In this document: piece by piece, positions 1 through 10,400 of the stretch | How the letters are laid out: each line of letters begins with the position of its first letter | How positions within the stretch are numbered: the first letter of the stretch is position 1 | From: Planctomycetota bacterium | GTDB taxonomy: Bacteria > Planctomycetota > UBA11346 | Reading direction: 5' to 3' | Length of the DNA: 64,000 nucleotides | Assembly (NCBI GenBank): GCA_013696105.1 | Contig: JACCZE010000036.1 | Location: 13,891-77,890 of the forward strand | Made by a program: the position numbers and the translations under genes | The notes under the pieces: generated by a model | Database searches by the model: none | The model's input: only the letters and a program-made list of their open reading frames with translations | What the model was told of the DNA's origin: nothing

Positions 1-332
1 CGGCCTCGCTCACGTCGGCTTCGCGGGTGGATGAACTGAGCATGAAGACCGGTATGTCGTCCAATTCCGGTCGGTGCTTGATGTATGTGAGCACCTCGAA
101 GCCGTTCACCCCCGGCATGTTGATGTCCAGAAGGATCAGATCCGGGCGCGGCGCGTGGTGCTCGCTTACCTGCTCGAGATACGAGATCGCATCGCCTCCG
201 CTGGATTCCCGGCGCACATCCGCCTGCATCCCGACCTCCGATGCCGCCTCCTCGGCAAGGATGAGATCACCCTGGTTGTCATCGACGACGAGAAGGAGTC
301 GATGGTGGCCGTCGGTATGCATGCTGCCATTT
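1..332 (-). CDS. CheY-like response regulator receiver protein (partial; C-terminus lies beyond the window edge)
   Basis: Absent from the ORF track because there is no stop inside the window. Reverse-strand translation from ATG 332..330 gives MHTDGHHRLLLVVDDNQGDLILAEEAASEVG...PDLILLDINMPGVNGFEVLTYIKHRPELDDIPVFMLSSSTREADV. This shows the DD acidic pocket, the phospho-acceptor Asp (LLDINMPG) and the conserved Ser/Thr. Paralogous to 48355..48786. Confidence 0.8.
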
Positions 333-552
333 TACCGACCGGCCTGATGAGACCGTGGGCACGCCCATAGAGTCTCCACAGCAGCTTCTGAAGCGTCTTG
401 TCCGCTGCCAGCCAGCCGTCCACCAGCCGGACGAGCATGCCCGTTTTCCACGTCTCGCATCCCCTCCGAGCAGAGAGCGTCTCAGGTGACCTCTCGCTAT
501 GGGATAGGACTCATTGCATCTCAACGACATCACCGTCAGGTAGTAGGATACG

Positions 553-1014
553 ATGAGCGGATCCGCGGAAATCCTGATCGTCGATGATGCCCCTGGCGAT
601 GCGCGGCTGCTCGCCTACGCATTCGCCGAGGCGGGTGCAGGAAACGCCCGGATCCTCGCAGGCGGTCGAGAAGCGCTGGCATACCTCGATGGCTGCGTCG
701 CTGCCGGCACTCCGCAGCCGAGCCTGGTGATCCTCGATTACACCATGCCTGGCATGCGCGGCGTCGACATCCTGCGCACCTTGAAACTGAATCCACGGTT
801 CCAGAACTTGATTACCGTATTGTATACCGGTGGTGTTCCACCGGGCACGAGTCAGCAGTGCCTCGACCTGGGTGCCAAGGCGGTCCTGGTGAAGCCATTG
901 TCGGATGCGGAGCGCCACGCGATCGTCGCGAAGATACTGGCGCTGCGCTCGCGCATCCGGCAGGAAGAATCCCAACGCTTCGGATCGGATGACCGCACCG
1001 ACGCGCTGGCCTGA
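553..1014 (+). CDS. single-domain CheY-like response regulator
   Basis: 153-aa ORF with ILIVDDAPGD (acidic pocket), LVILDYTMPGMRG (phospho-acceptor Asp), VLYTGG (Thr) and LVKP (Lys). No output domain. Divergent from the regulator at 1..332. Confidence 0.9.
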   Translation: MSGSAEILIVDDAPGDARLLAYAFAEAGAGNARILAGGREALAYLDGCVAAGTPQPSLVILDYTMPGMRGVDILRTLKLNPRFQNLITVLYTGGVPPGTSQQCLDLGAKAVLVKPLSDAERHAIVAKILALRSRIRQEESQRFGSDDRTDALA

Positions 1015-1047
1015 AGGCGCATCAGCGCCTTCCCACGTCCTGGGATC

Positions 1048-3303
1048 TCACGGCAGCGCGGTCTCCTCGGCGAGGACATGGATGACGAGGTCCTTCACGC
1101 ACATGATCCCGCCGAACGTATAGAACGAGATGCGATCGTGACCGGCGCCGGTCAAGGGCTCTGCGTCCACGACGGAGAAGATCTCGTGGCCATCCACGCG
1201 CATGCGGAGGGCTCCACGATCGTTTTCCACCACCACGCGGTAGGCCTTGCCCGCTTCAAATCGGACATCCGAGCGCTCGGTCGAGGCCATCGGAATCCCG
1301 GAACGCACCAGTCGAGTGACGGTGTTGCCTTTTCCGCCGAACTGGAACAGATAGCCGCTGCCTGACCCCCTGGCGCCGGCATTCAACACGACATCGAGGT
1401 CGCAGGCATGCTCGCCCAGCAGCCACCCCACGAACTCGACACGGACACTGGCCGGGGTGCGATGGCTCCGAAGGACCGCCTCGCCTTCCCCGTTGGCTTC
1501 TGCACTCAGCTGCAGCACGCCTGCGTGGGCATCGAGCATGCCCTCGATGGTGAACCAGTCGCGGTCGGCGCGGCTTTCGGTGGCGTCAAGCGACCAGGTT
1601 CGGCGCCAGCGGCTGGTGGCAGGATCCTCAGGAGGAGGAGGAGGGATCGCGATCACAGCAGGGAGCTCTGCGACCCGGTCGATGCGGCACGCCAGATCGA
1701 TGGCGAAGGCAGGGACGGTGACCGCCAGGTACTGCTGCGAACATCCGGTGATCAGCGCTTCCGGTCCGATGGGCGCTCCGCTGGCTGGATCGATCCAGCG
1801 CACACGGTAGTGGCCCGGACCGATCTGCAGGCGGATGGGCTCGGGCTCAGTCGGCAGGTCGTGGTCGCTATAATGGTGGAGATAGAGCACCGTGGTGTCG
1901 CTGTCGCCCAGACAATACGCCCGGAATTGCCGCGAGTGGGTCTCGACGGATTTCGGGCGCATGCCGATCGGGAGGTCCCGCGCGAATGCGAGCATCGCAC
2001 GGAAGTGCGTTCGGCTGTCCGGGCCGAGGTAGGCGTTGGAGTTCCCCTGCGAACCCGGCTTCGGCACCGTCTGGCGCCCCGACATGCTCCAGAACAGCAT
2101 GCCTGCCTCGTTCATGAACGAGGTCCAGACGGCCAGCCGCCATTTCACTGGATCGACATTGGACAGGCTGCCCTTGTTGCCGAATTCGCTGTATTGGACC
2201 ACCTTGCCATACGATTTCAGCGCACCGATCTGCGTCGCCAGCAGCGCCTCCACCTCACGGTCGGGAGTCACGACATATTGATGCGGCACGATCAGATCGC
2301 AGTAAGCCGCTGCCGGGCGCGAGAAGTTGGTGGTGATCGGGTGGTCATACGGATCCGCCTCGCGGATCACATCGTACAGGTGCTGCAGGTAGTCGTCTGG
2401 TGCGAACGAGTCCTCGTTGAATATCTCCCAGATATCGACGTAGCACGCGAACCGCGCGACCACATAGCGGATGTAGCGCTCCTGCAGCGCGAGATTCGGC
2501 GCCTGCAGGCTCTTGAAATCGATCACGTCGCGGACCGCCCCGAAGGCATGCTCGTCGCGTGTGAACGCGCTCATGTCCTGGAAGAGGATCGCCATCTCGC
2601 TGAAGCCGCAGCGACGGTGCAGTTCATACATGCGATCCAGAGCCTCGGCATTCTCGAGCCCGTAGCGGTCTGGCTGCGTGCGGTCGGGAATGAGATCCAC
2701 GGCGCATCCGGCGGTGGTGCCCGTCCCCAATTGCACCCGCACCAGATTCACCGCTCCGCGAAAGGCCTCGCACCATTCTTCCACATCGACGGTACGATAC
2801 TCGCCTGAGCCGGGCGGCCCGTCGAAATCCACGCCCCTGATCGTTCCGCCGGTTTGGACACCGAGGGGATAGAACGGACGGCCGCTGTCGTATTCCATGC
2901 GGAAGGGATTGCGCGGCGACAGCCGTAGGAACCCGTCCGAAACCGGCTCGGTGCAGGTGAAGCTGCCCGCGGTCAGCTCAGAAACTCCGGGTCCGCTGAG
3001 CTCAGCCGTGTACGTCCAGGCGCCCCGTTCGCGCGGCACGAAACGTACGAGCCACCGTCCCTCGCCGGCGAAGAAACCGTCGACTGCGATGCGCACCCCG
3101 GCAGGCGACATGAATTCGGCGCGCATCATCGCATCCGAAAACGGATTTCCGAGATCCCGTCTGCTGGCCAGGCCGATTTCGATGAGGCCGTATTGGGATA
3201 TCTCGGCAGCGTGGACTGCGGGCTCGCTCGCGGCGCGTGCGATCGGGAGCCCAGATATGTTCAGGAGCAGGGTCATGAGGATGCTCGCGTGCTTGGCTGA
3301 CAT
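1048..3303 (-). CDS. secreted glycoside hydrolase: DUF5060-type N-terminal domain + clan GH-A (GH5/GH140-like) TIM barrel + C-terminal ConA/LamG-like jelly-roll
   Basis: Signal peptide MSAKHASILMTLLLNISGLPIARAASEP. DUF5060-like NPFSDAMMRAEFMSPAGVRIAVDGFFAGEGRWLVRFVPRERGAWTY. Acid/base-type motif DIWEIFNEDS. Last ~175 aa (1051..1581) contain YLFQFGGKGN...YRVVVENDRGALRMRVDGHEIF...ISFYTFGG. Confidence 0.75.
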   Translation of the reverse strand: MSAKHASILMTLLLNISGLPIARAASEPAVHAAEISQYGLIEIGLASRRDLGNPFSDAMMRAEFMSPAGVRIAVDGFFAGEGRWLVRFVPRERGAWTYTAELSGPGVSELTAGSFTCTEPVSDGFLRLSPRNPFRMEYDSGRPFYPLGVQTGGTIRGVDFDGPPGSGEYRTVDVEEWCEAFRGAVNLVRVQLGTGTTAGCAVDLIPDRTQPDRYGLENAEALDRMYELHRRCGFSEMAILFQDMSAFTRDEHAFGAVRDVIDFKSLQAPNLALQERYIRYVVARFACYVDIWEIFNEDSFAPDDYLQHLYDVIREADPYDHPITTNFSRPAAAYCDLIVPHQYVVTPDREVEALLATQIGALKSYGKVVQYSEFGNKGSLSNVDPVKWRLAVWTSFMNEAGMLFWSMSGRQTVPKPGSQGNSNAYLGPDSRTHFRAMLAFARDLPIGMRPKSVETHSRQFRAYCLGDSDTTVLYLHHYSDHDLPTEPEPIRLQIGPGHYRVRWIDPASGAPIGPEALITGCSQQYLAVTVPAFAIDLACRIDRVAELPAVIAIPPPPPEDPATSRWRRTWSLDATESRADRDWFTIEGMLDAHAGVLQLSAEANGEGEAVLRSHRTPASVRVEFVGWLLGEHACDLDVVLNAGARGSGSGYLFQFGGKGNTVTRLVRSGIPMASTERSDVRFEAGKAYRVVVENDRGALRMRVDGHEIFSVVDAEPLTGAGHDRISFYTFGGIMCVKDLVIHVLAEETALP

Positions 3304-3403
3304 GGGATTCCAGGTTGGGTCAACACGTTAAACATACCTCCCCTCCATCAAGACGCGATGCATCGCATCCGTGCCTGACGGATCGATCACATTCCTGGAA
3401 CAT

Positions 3404-6151
3404 TCACGCGTCGCCGGACATGCTACGACACCTGCGTCGCACCCCGGCGGCGAATCCGAGCGCCAACACCAGGAGCGCCGATCCCGACCCCATGCCGCAG
3501 CCACGCGAGCCGGCCCCGCTCTGTTCGGAAAGAGCTCCGCCCCCGATCGCACCGTGGACGACGACCTCCTGGCGCGCGTCGGCTCGCACCTCGGCCGCAT
3601 CCAGCGCGCGATCGTAAAGGCGAACATCATCGATGTCCCCGAGGAACGTCCCGAAGTCGAACTGGCTGTGCCGACCGATGCGCAGCTCGGTGGCCTGGTT
3701 GGCGATGCTCGCCGTGTTCACACCGCTCGCGACCTCGACACCATCGCGATACAGCTTGTGCACATTCGCGGAGGCGTCGAAGGTGTAGGCGACATGGTAC
3801 CAGCGTCCCGCATTTCCGGACCCTCCGAAGTCGAATCCGCTGGCGATCAGACGTACATTTCCGACCTCGCCTGCGAGATTTCCGTTGTCGTCGATGCGCA
3901 GATCATACTCGCTGTTGTGCTTGTTGACGATCATGCGATCCACACCCGAGCCATGACCTGGCCGGATCCACGCTTCGACCGTCAGGTCGGTAGGCGGGTC
4001 GAAATCAGGGACCGACACCTGGCCATTCGCCCCATTGAATGCCAGCGCAGGACCCGATGTACCGCTCGTCCACGCGACGTCGCTTACGAGCGTGCCGGTA
4101 TGTCCATTGCCGGTCGAGTCAGCCGCGCTCTGGCCCGAGCCCTCGTCGAAGGTCCACCGCGCGATCGGGCCGGTTCCCGGAGTGGGTGGGGTCGGATCGG
4201 AGACCGTGATCGTGATCGTCTCCGAGGACGTCGCCCCGCTGTTGTCGGTCACGATCATCCGAACGTCATAGCTGCCTGATGCCGCGTAGACATGATTCAC
4301 GCTGGAGCCGGTGCCGGTGGTACCGTCTCCGAAGCTCCACGCATACGAACTGATCGTCCCATCGGCATCGGTCGAGGCGGAGCCATCGAAGCCGACGCTG
4401 ACCGGGGCGATGCCGCTGGTCGGAGTCGCACTCACACGCGCGACCGGGGGCTGGTTACCAGCAGGAGGTACCGTCACGCTTATCGTCAGCGTTATCGTCG
4501 AGCTGGCGCCGAGGTTGTCGGTCACCCTCAGCACCGCGGCATAGGTTCCTGCGGTGGCATAGACGTGGTTCACGCTCGCGCCCGATCCGCTCGTCCCATC
4601 GCCGAAATTCCAGGAGAAGGATGCGATGGTGCCGTCGGCGTCGGTCGAGTTCGAGCCATCGAACGTCACGCTCACTGGCGCCGTGCCGCTCCCGGGTGAG
4701 GCCGTCCCCCGCGCCACGGGCGCTTGGTTGCTCGGCGTTCCACCGGAAATCACATAGGTGGTGACGCTGCGCGGCGGCAGCACCGCATCGAAGGCCGATC
4801 CCGCGAACGTGATGGCGGGAAGAACTGCCCACGAGTCGGTGGCGCTGGTTCGCGTCGGGCGGGCGTCGCTCATGCCGCTGACTCCTGATAGCGCGACGCG
4901 GATGCTCTTGGTGGCCGAGCTGTTGGCATTGACTGCGACCACCACGATATTCTGCGCATCCTTGAAGGCGGTCGCCTTGATCGATGCATCGCTCGTGGTC
5001 GAGCCAATGCGTTTGGCACCTTGTGGAACGAACCGTGACCACTGGCCGGTGACGTAGTATTCCCGGCTGAGGGTGTAGCCCGTGTACGTCTCGCCCGAGG
5101 TATTGAGCGCGATCAGCTTGTCGGTGCCGTTGGTCCACGCGCCGAAGAAGCCGAACATGTAATCTATGGCGGATACGTCATACATCCACATCTGGTCGTG
5201 CATGAGCCCTGCCCATCCCAGCCAGTCGCTCTGCAGACCTCCGACGCCAGAGAAGAATTCGGTCATCCATACGGGAAGTCCGTACTGCCTGCCCAGGGCC
5301 TGCAGGCCGCTGCAGTCATAGCCAAAATAATAAAGGTGGGTTGCGAGTGCGCCGACGTACGGACGCGCCCCCGGATCGGACAGGATGATGCGCGAGCGCA
5401 TTTCCGCGGCCGCGGGACCGATGTCGTCGGACACCACCAGCATGGTCGCTAGACCGGCCGCGCGCATCCGCGGGCCCAGGATCTTGATCACGTCGCGCAT
5501 GTACTCCCCGGTGACCGTGCGTTTCGGATCCTCTGCGGCGCCGACGCTGTATCCGGGCTCATTGAGCAGCGAGTAGTATTCCAGCGTGACACCGGCGTCG
5601 CGCCAATGCAGCAGCGTGACCATGACGTACTCCGCCAGCTCGGCCGGATTGGACTCGTTCATCCACCGCTCCCACATGCCGTGGCGGAAGGGTGTCCGCA
5701 GACCGCGGCCCTGGGCCCGTTTGACCAGGTCGATGTACCCATCGCTCCCCTTCCAGGAGAAATCGAACTTCGAGAGATCCGCCACATTCGGATCGGCATT
5801 GTCGTTCACCGGCTCGTAGCCGGGAACATCGATCGCTGTGCGCATGCGCGTCAACTTGAGGTCACGATACAGGAGATCGAGGATCTGGTCCTCCTGCCCG
5901 CGGGTCATCACCGTCGCCGCCCGTCGGGTCGTCGCGTTGAAATTATTGAAGGTGTGGGGATCGTCGAACATGCGTTGGCTGGAGCCGAATCCGTCCATGG
6001 TCTGGCGGATGTCCGAGGCGTCCACCCCGATGGACACGTCGGCTGCGGTCGCTGCCGGCAAGCTCAGCGCCAGCAGGAGGGTGGTCGCGATACTGGCGCG
6101 GTGAACCCGGTCGCCGGCGGTCTGACTCGAGCGGAGGTTCGAGCTGCTCAT
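3404..6151 (-). CDS. secreted GH30-like glycosidase - PKD - PKD - LamG - Cys-containing C-terminal tail
   Basis: 915 aa with signal peptide ...TTLLLALSLPAATAA. GH30-type catalytic pair motifs LLNEPG and WMTEFF. Two PKD domains (4472..4726 and 4199..4456; FDGSxSTDADGTIxSxxWxFGDGT). LamG module at 3584..4168. Tail GSRGCGMGSGSALLVLALGFAAGVRRRCRS at 3407..3520. Confidence 0.85.
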   Translation of the reverse strand: MSSSNLRSSQTAGDRVHRASIATTLLLALSLPAATAADVSIGVDASDIRQTMDGFGSSQRMFDDPHTFNNFNATTRRAATVMTRGQEDQILDLLYRDLKLTRMRTAIDVPGYEPVNDNADPNVADLSKFDFSWKGSDGYIDLVKRAQGRGLRTPFRHGMWERWMNESNPAELAEYVMVTLLHWRDAGVTLEYYSLLNEPGYSVGAAEDPKRTVTGEYMRDVIKILGPRMRAAGLATMLVVSDDIGPAAAEMRSRIILSDPGARPYVGALATHLYYFGYDCSGLQALGRQYGLPVWMTEFFSGVGGLQSDWLGWAGLMHDQMWMYDVSAIDYMFGFFGAWTNGTDKLIALNTSGETYTGYTLSREYYVTGQWSRFVPQGAKRIGSTTSDASIKATAFKDAQNIVVVAVNANSSATKSIRVALSGVSGMSDARPTRTSATDSWAVLPAITFAGSAFDAVLPPRSVTTYVISGGTPSNQAPVARGTASPGSGTAPVSVTFDGSNSTDADGTIASFSWNFGDGTSGSGASVNHVYATAGTYAAVLRVTDNLGASSTITLTISVTVPPAGNQPPVARVSATPTSGIAPVSVGFDGSASTDADGTISSYAWSFGDGTTGTGSSVNHVYAASGSYDVRMIVTDNSGATSSETITITVSDPTPPTPGTGPIARWTFDEGSGQSAADSTGNGHTGTLVSDVAWTSGTSGPALAFNGANGQVSVPDFDPPTDLTVEAWIRPGHGSGVDRMIVNKHNSEYDLRIDDNGNLAGEVGNVRLIASGFDFGGSGNAGRWYHVAYTFDASANVHKLYRDGVEVASGVNTASIANQATELRIGRHSQFDFGTFLGDIDDVRLYDRALDAAEVRADARQEVVVHGAIGGGALSEQSGAGSRGCGMGSGSALLVLALGFAAGVRRRCRSMSGDA

Positions 6152-6237
6152 GATATCTCTCCTGTTTTTCTGGTGCGAACGGGTCGAATCTATGCTTCGG
6201 CGCCCGCCTTGCCTAGATAGACGGAGCGGGATACGTT

Positions 6238-7176
6238 ATGGACGATCATGATATCCGCCACGATCCGCCTATGACCGTATCCACCCTCACCGCGTTCCAG
6301 CTCGGGGAAGGCAGCCTCGATGTGCGTCACAGCCGCTTCCTGCACATTCTGTCGGAGGCCATGCCTGCATTCAAACCCAGGGCCTGCGCCGATCACGAAC
6401 TCCACTACGTGGCGGCGGGCGAACTGCCCATCATGCTCGACGGGGTCCGCTCCGTCCTGACAGAAGGCGAAATCCTGTTCGTCCGAGCTGGACAGGAGCT
6501 TGGTCTCGGCCCGTCCACAAAACGGAGCCTCTCCTGCTTCCACGTCCATTTCGACTTCGACCGGGTGCGGATGACCATCCTCGATTCCGGCCTGGATGAA
6601 TGGGCCGCGACCCGCTCGAAAGTCGACGCCTGGGCCTCAGGTGATGCCCGAACGCTCTACCTGCCGAACCAGATGCCGCTGGCGGCGCGTGGAGCCACCA
6701 CCGAGGCGTTCCTGCGCCTGATGAAGCTCCAGCGCGCGCCCGATCCTGGCTCGGCCATCGCCGTCGATGCGGAATTTCTGCGGCTCTTGCAGCAGATCTC
6801 CTGCGAGGCGGTGGCGAGCCTGAGACTGAATCAAGTCGCGACTTCTCCCGAACGCATCCATGTCGATCGCGCTCTGGATTTCATCGATCGCCAGATCGGC
6901 CATATGATCTCACTGAGGGAAGTAGCAGATCATGTCGGTGTGAGCGCGCCTCATCTCGCGCGGCTCTTCAAGAGTCAGATCGGCACCAGCGTCGGAGCCT
7001 ACATCGCCAGGAGGAAGATCAGCGTCGCCAAGGAGAAACTCCTATCCACGCGACACACGGTCAAGGAGATCGCCGCCTCGCTCGGCTTCGCCGATCAGCT
7101 CTACTTCAGCCGGGTCTTCCGACGCGCCACCGGATTTTCGCCACAAGCCTATGTCTCGCGCAATGGCATGCGCTGA
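6238..7176 (+). CDS. AraC-family transcriptional regulator (cupin-like N-terminus + HTH_18)
   Basis: 312 aa. C-terminal AraC signature ISLREVADHVGVSAPHLARLFKSQIGTSVGAYIARRKISVAKEKLLSTRHTVKEIAASLGFADQLYFSRVFRRATGFSPQAY. Divergent from the GH30 gene with an 86-bp spacer. Confidence 0.9.
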   Translation: MDDHDIRHDPPMTVSTLTAFQLGEGSLDVRHSRFLHILSEAMPAFKPRACADHELHYVAAGELPIMLDGVRSVLTEGEILFVRAGQELGLGPSTKRSLSCFHVHFDFDRVRMTILDSGLDEWAATRSKVDAWASGDARTLYLPNQMPLAARGATTEAFLRLMKLQRAPDPGSAIAVDAEFLRLLQQISCEAVASLRLNQVATSPERIHVDRALDFIDRQIGHMISLREVADHVGVSAPHLARLFKSQIGTSVGAYIARRKISVAKEKLLSTRHTVKEIAASLGFADQLYFSRVFRRATGFSPQAYVSRNGMR

Positions 7177-7495
7177 GTCCGCGCTGCCGTGGCGAAGCCC
7201 AGAAGCACGGTGATAAGCGGCGGAGCGGATCCGCCTCCGCACGAGCGAGAACGATCCGGCGCTGGTGCGCGCAGGCCCCGCCCATGATCTGCATCAAGGC
7301 GTCCTGCCAGAGGCTCGCTTCCAGTGAGGACAAGCCGACTACCGTCACCATCAGTCGAGACGCACACGCGATCGAACGCATCTCGAACCAAGGGGCATCG
7401 GACAGCGGTGTATCCGCGGTACCAGCAGAGCCGGGCGTGGCGTGCGCCAATGCCGTGTGGTGGCGTGACGCTGCAATTAGGGTCATGACCAGAGG

Positions 7496-10400
7496 TCACT
7501 GCGCGGCAAGCACCGTGATGCGCCAGCGCGCGAAGCGGTCGGTCACGGGATCGGAATCCAGATCGCGTCGCCACAAGGGCAGGGCGAGGTAGGCTCGGTA
7601 ATGCGCAAGGGCTTCGACGACGTGGTGATTGCGCTCGGCACGCACCGCCTGGCAGATGAGCAGGTGCGCCGGAGCGCAAAGGCCATGGGGCTGCGCGAGG
7701 AACGTCGCCTGATCGATGCTTCCGGCGATGAAGGATGCGTCATACCAGAGTTGCTGTTCGTAGGCGTAGCGCCGCTGGGCGATGATCTGCACGCCCGATC
7801 GCTCGACCGCGTCGGCATCGCCCAGCAATTCGCGGATAAACGGCACCACCGCGGCGCGCGAAAGCGCGAAAGGATTGAACTGCGTGACCTCGAACGATTC
7901 GACATCCAGGAGCGAGAGCGCTCGAGCCGAGTCGCCGGCGATGGCCGCCTCGAGGCCCGCAGCATGGCGGACGAGCTTGGCATGCGGCAAGATGTTCTGG
8001 TATCTGTCCAGAGCGTAGGCCGTGCGTCCCTGCGAGAGCAGGACCAACGGGTGTTCGAGGAAATTGCCCGTGAGCTGGTCGATACGATTCGCCAACACCG
8101 CAGCCCGCCGGCGGAAATCACTGTGGGCTCGCGGATCGGCGAAGATCTCATCGCACCTTCCCGTCGCCAATCGCGCCCACATGTCTTCCGGGTGTGCGGC
8201 CACCACGCGATCAATCGAACCCCGCACCACCAGACCATAGGTCGGCTCTTCGATCCCAGGAAGCCGGTTCGGGATTTCAGCCGAACGACCCATGCGCGTG
8301 AGGGTCTCGATGACGACCTCGGGGTCGTCGGCGAACTCCAGCAGAAGCTGGTCGTCTCGCTGCAGGCCTGCAAGCGCGATCAGACGCGCTGAACGTTCCT
8401 TGGGGAAGCGATCCAGCACCTCCTCGTATCGCCAGAAGGCGGCCAGCGCGTCCGCCATGGTGCGATCCGCCAATCGTTCGCCTGGAAACATGCGGTCGTG
8501 GACACCGATGTAATCGGCCAAGCCATCCGATGATTCCCCCGAATACCGTACGCGATTCGCCAACCGGCCTGCGAACAGCATCCATTGGATGACGATGCGT
8601 TTTCGGAATTCCGCGTTCGCATGCGCGTACAAGTCGCCGATCGCGGCGGCGACGCGCTCATGGCGTTTCTCCTGATAGAGGATTTCCAGACGCCGCAGAG
8701 TGATGTCCTCGTCCCACCCGAGTCCGGCCATGGCATCCCAAATCGCCGTAGCCGCGCCATGGTCGCCCGAGAGGAACTGGCTGAGCCCCTGCTTGAAGCG
8801 CGCTTCGTCCCCGATCCGGGATCCGGGATGCGACGCGGCGACTTTGGCGTATTGCGCCGCTGCCTGAGCGAAGAGACGCTGCTGCAGGAACGCATCTCCG
8901 ATCGCTGTCGCCGAGATTTTTTGCGCGATTCCATGCGAGTAGATGCGGATGTCATCGAAGGCGTGGTTCCGGTAGAAGGAGTACAGCATCAGATAACCCC
9001 CGGTGAAAGGCAGAGGGTCTTCGTGTTCGCACACGCGCACGCCATCGATCGAGCACGTGATGCGTCGACCCATGATCTCGACGCGGACATGGTACCGTCG
9101 CCCCGGGACCGGCACGGCATCGCAGTACGACAGCTGGATGAAGCCGGGCCCGGTAAGTGCGGTGTATGCTCCAGCGAATCCGCCAAACTGCAGTCGATAG
9201 GCGTTGAAGTCGCTTTCCTCAGGAAGGTGATCCGGCTCTATGTCTCCTTCGCGCACATAGAAGACCGACAGGTCGCCGATGTGTGCTCCTGGCAGCACTT
9301 CGCAATCGTACTCGATGGCGGTATCGCCGAGCAGCCGTTGGGGATGGAAGATCAGCGACTCGCCATCGCTCGCCGATACCAAGCGCCCGTCGCGACGCAC
9401 GAATGAGCCCAGGACAGGCTTCCAGCGCGTTATCCAGGTGTCGTCCGAGAATTCCTCGACCAGGATGGGAGAACCCCAGGTCGCGATCTCCTTGAGCTTT
9501 TCACCATAGATGAGGACGATGAGCGCGATCGCGAAGGTCGCTGCCGCCGACAATGACCAGAAAAACCGGGCATTGCGCCGATACCATCGCGTGGCCTTTT
9601 CGAAGAGGGTATCCCGATGCGCGCTGACTGCGAGGCCGGCCTGGTACCCTTCCAGATCGGCGACGAGTTCCGCGATCGACCGGTACCGCCGAGCAGGATC
9701 GGAGCTCATCGCCTTCAGGGCTATATCCAGGAGCTGGACCGGCACCGCCTTGCACTCGGTTTCCGTAGGAAGATCGAACTCTCCCGCGCGCTTCCTGTGC
9801 CAAAACTCCTCCTCCCTGTCGCACCACATCGGAGGTCGCAGGGTGAGCGCGTGGAACAGCGTCGCCCCCAGGCACCACACATCCGAAAGCCTATCCGAAC
9901 CTTCGAGTCGCGCCTGTTCCGGGCTCATGTACAGTGGGGTGCCGAACTGCCGATGATCGGAATCGGAGATCCGGAACGCACTGCCCCAATCCACCAGCAG
10001 GATCTCGCCGTAGTTCCCGAGCATGACGTTGTCAGGCTTGATGTCCTGGTGCACGATACCGCGGTCGTGGGCATACGATAAGGCGTGGCCGAGATTGACG
10101 AAGATCGACACCAGCTGGTTGAACGAGGCGATGCGGCTGTCGCGCTGCTGGAGCGTCGAGATCGACAGGAGGTCGCCGAGGGAACGGCCCTCGATCTTCT
10201 TCATGGTGAAGTACACGCGCCCACGATCGTTGACGTCGATCTCGTAGACCGGGAGCACGTTCGGGTGCTGCAGCGATGCGGTGATCTGCGCTTCATCGAT
10301 GAACTGATCGATGTCCTCCGCTACTGGCGCCGCGCCCTTGAGGAATTTCACCGCGATCTCGCGCTGGAGGTTGTTGTCCTCGACCGAGAACACGTCTCCG

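Noticed and set aside
27-438. Track ORFs 27..347 (+), 74..370 (+) and 166..438 (-) at the left edge
   Set aside because: None shows a domain. The reverse-strand frame that runs off the window edge encodes a textbook receiver domain and explains the region.
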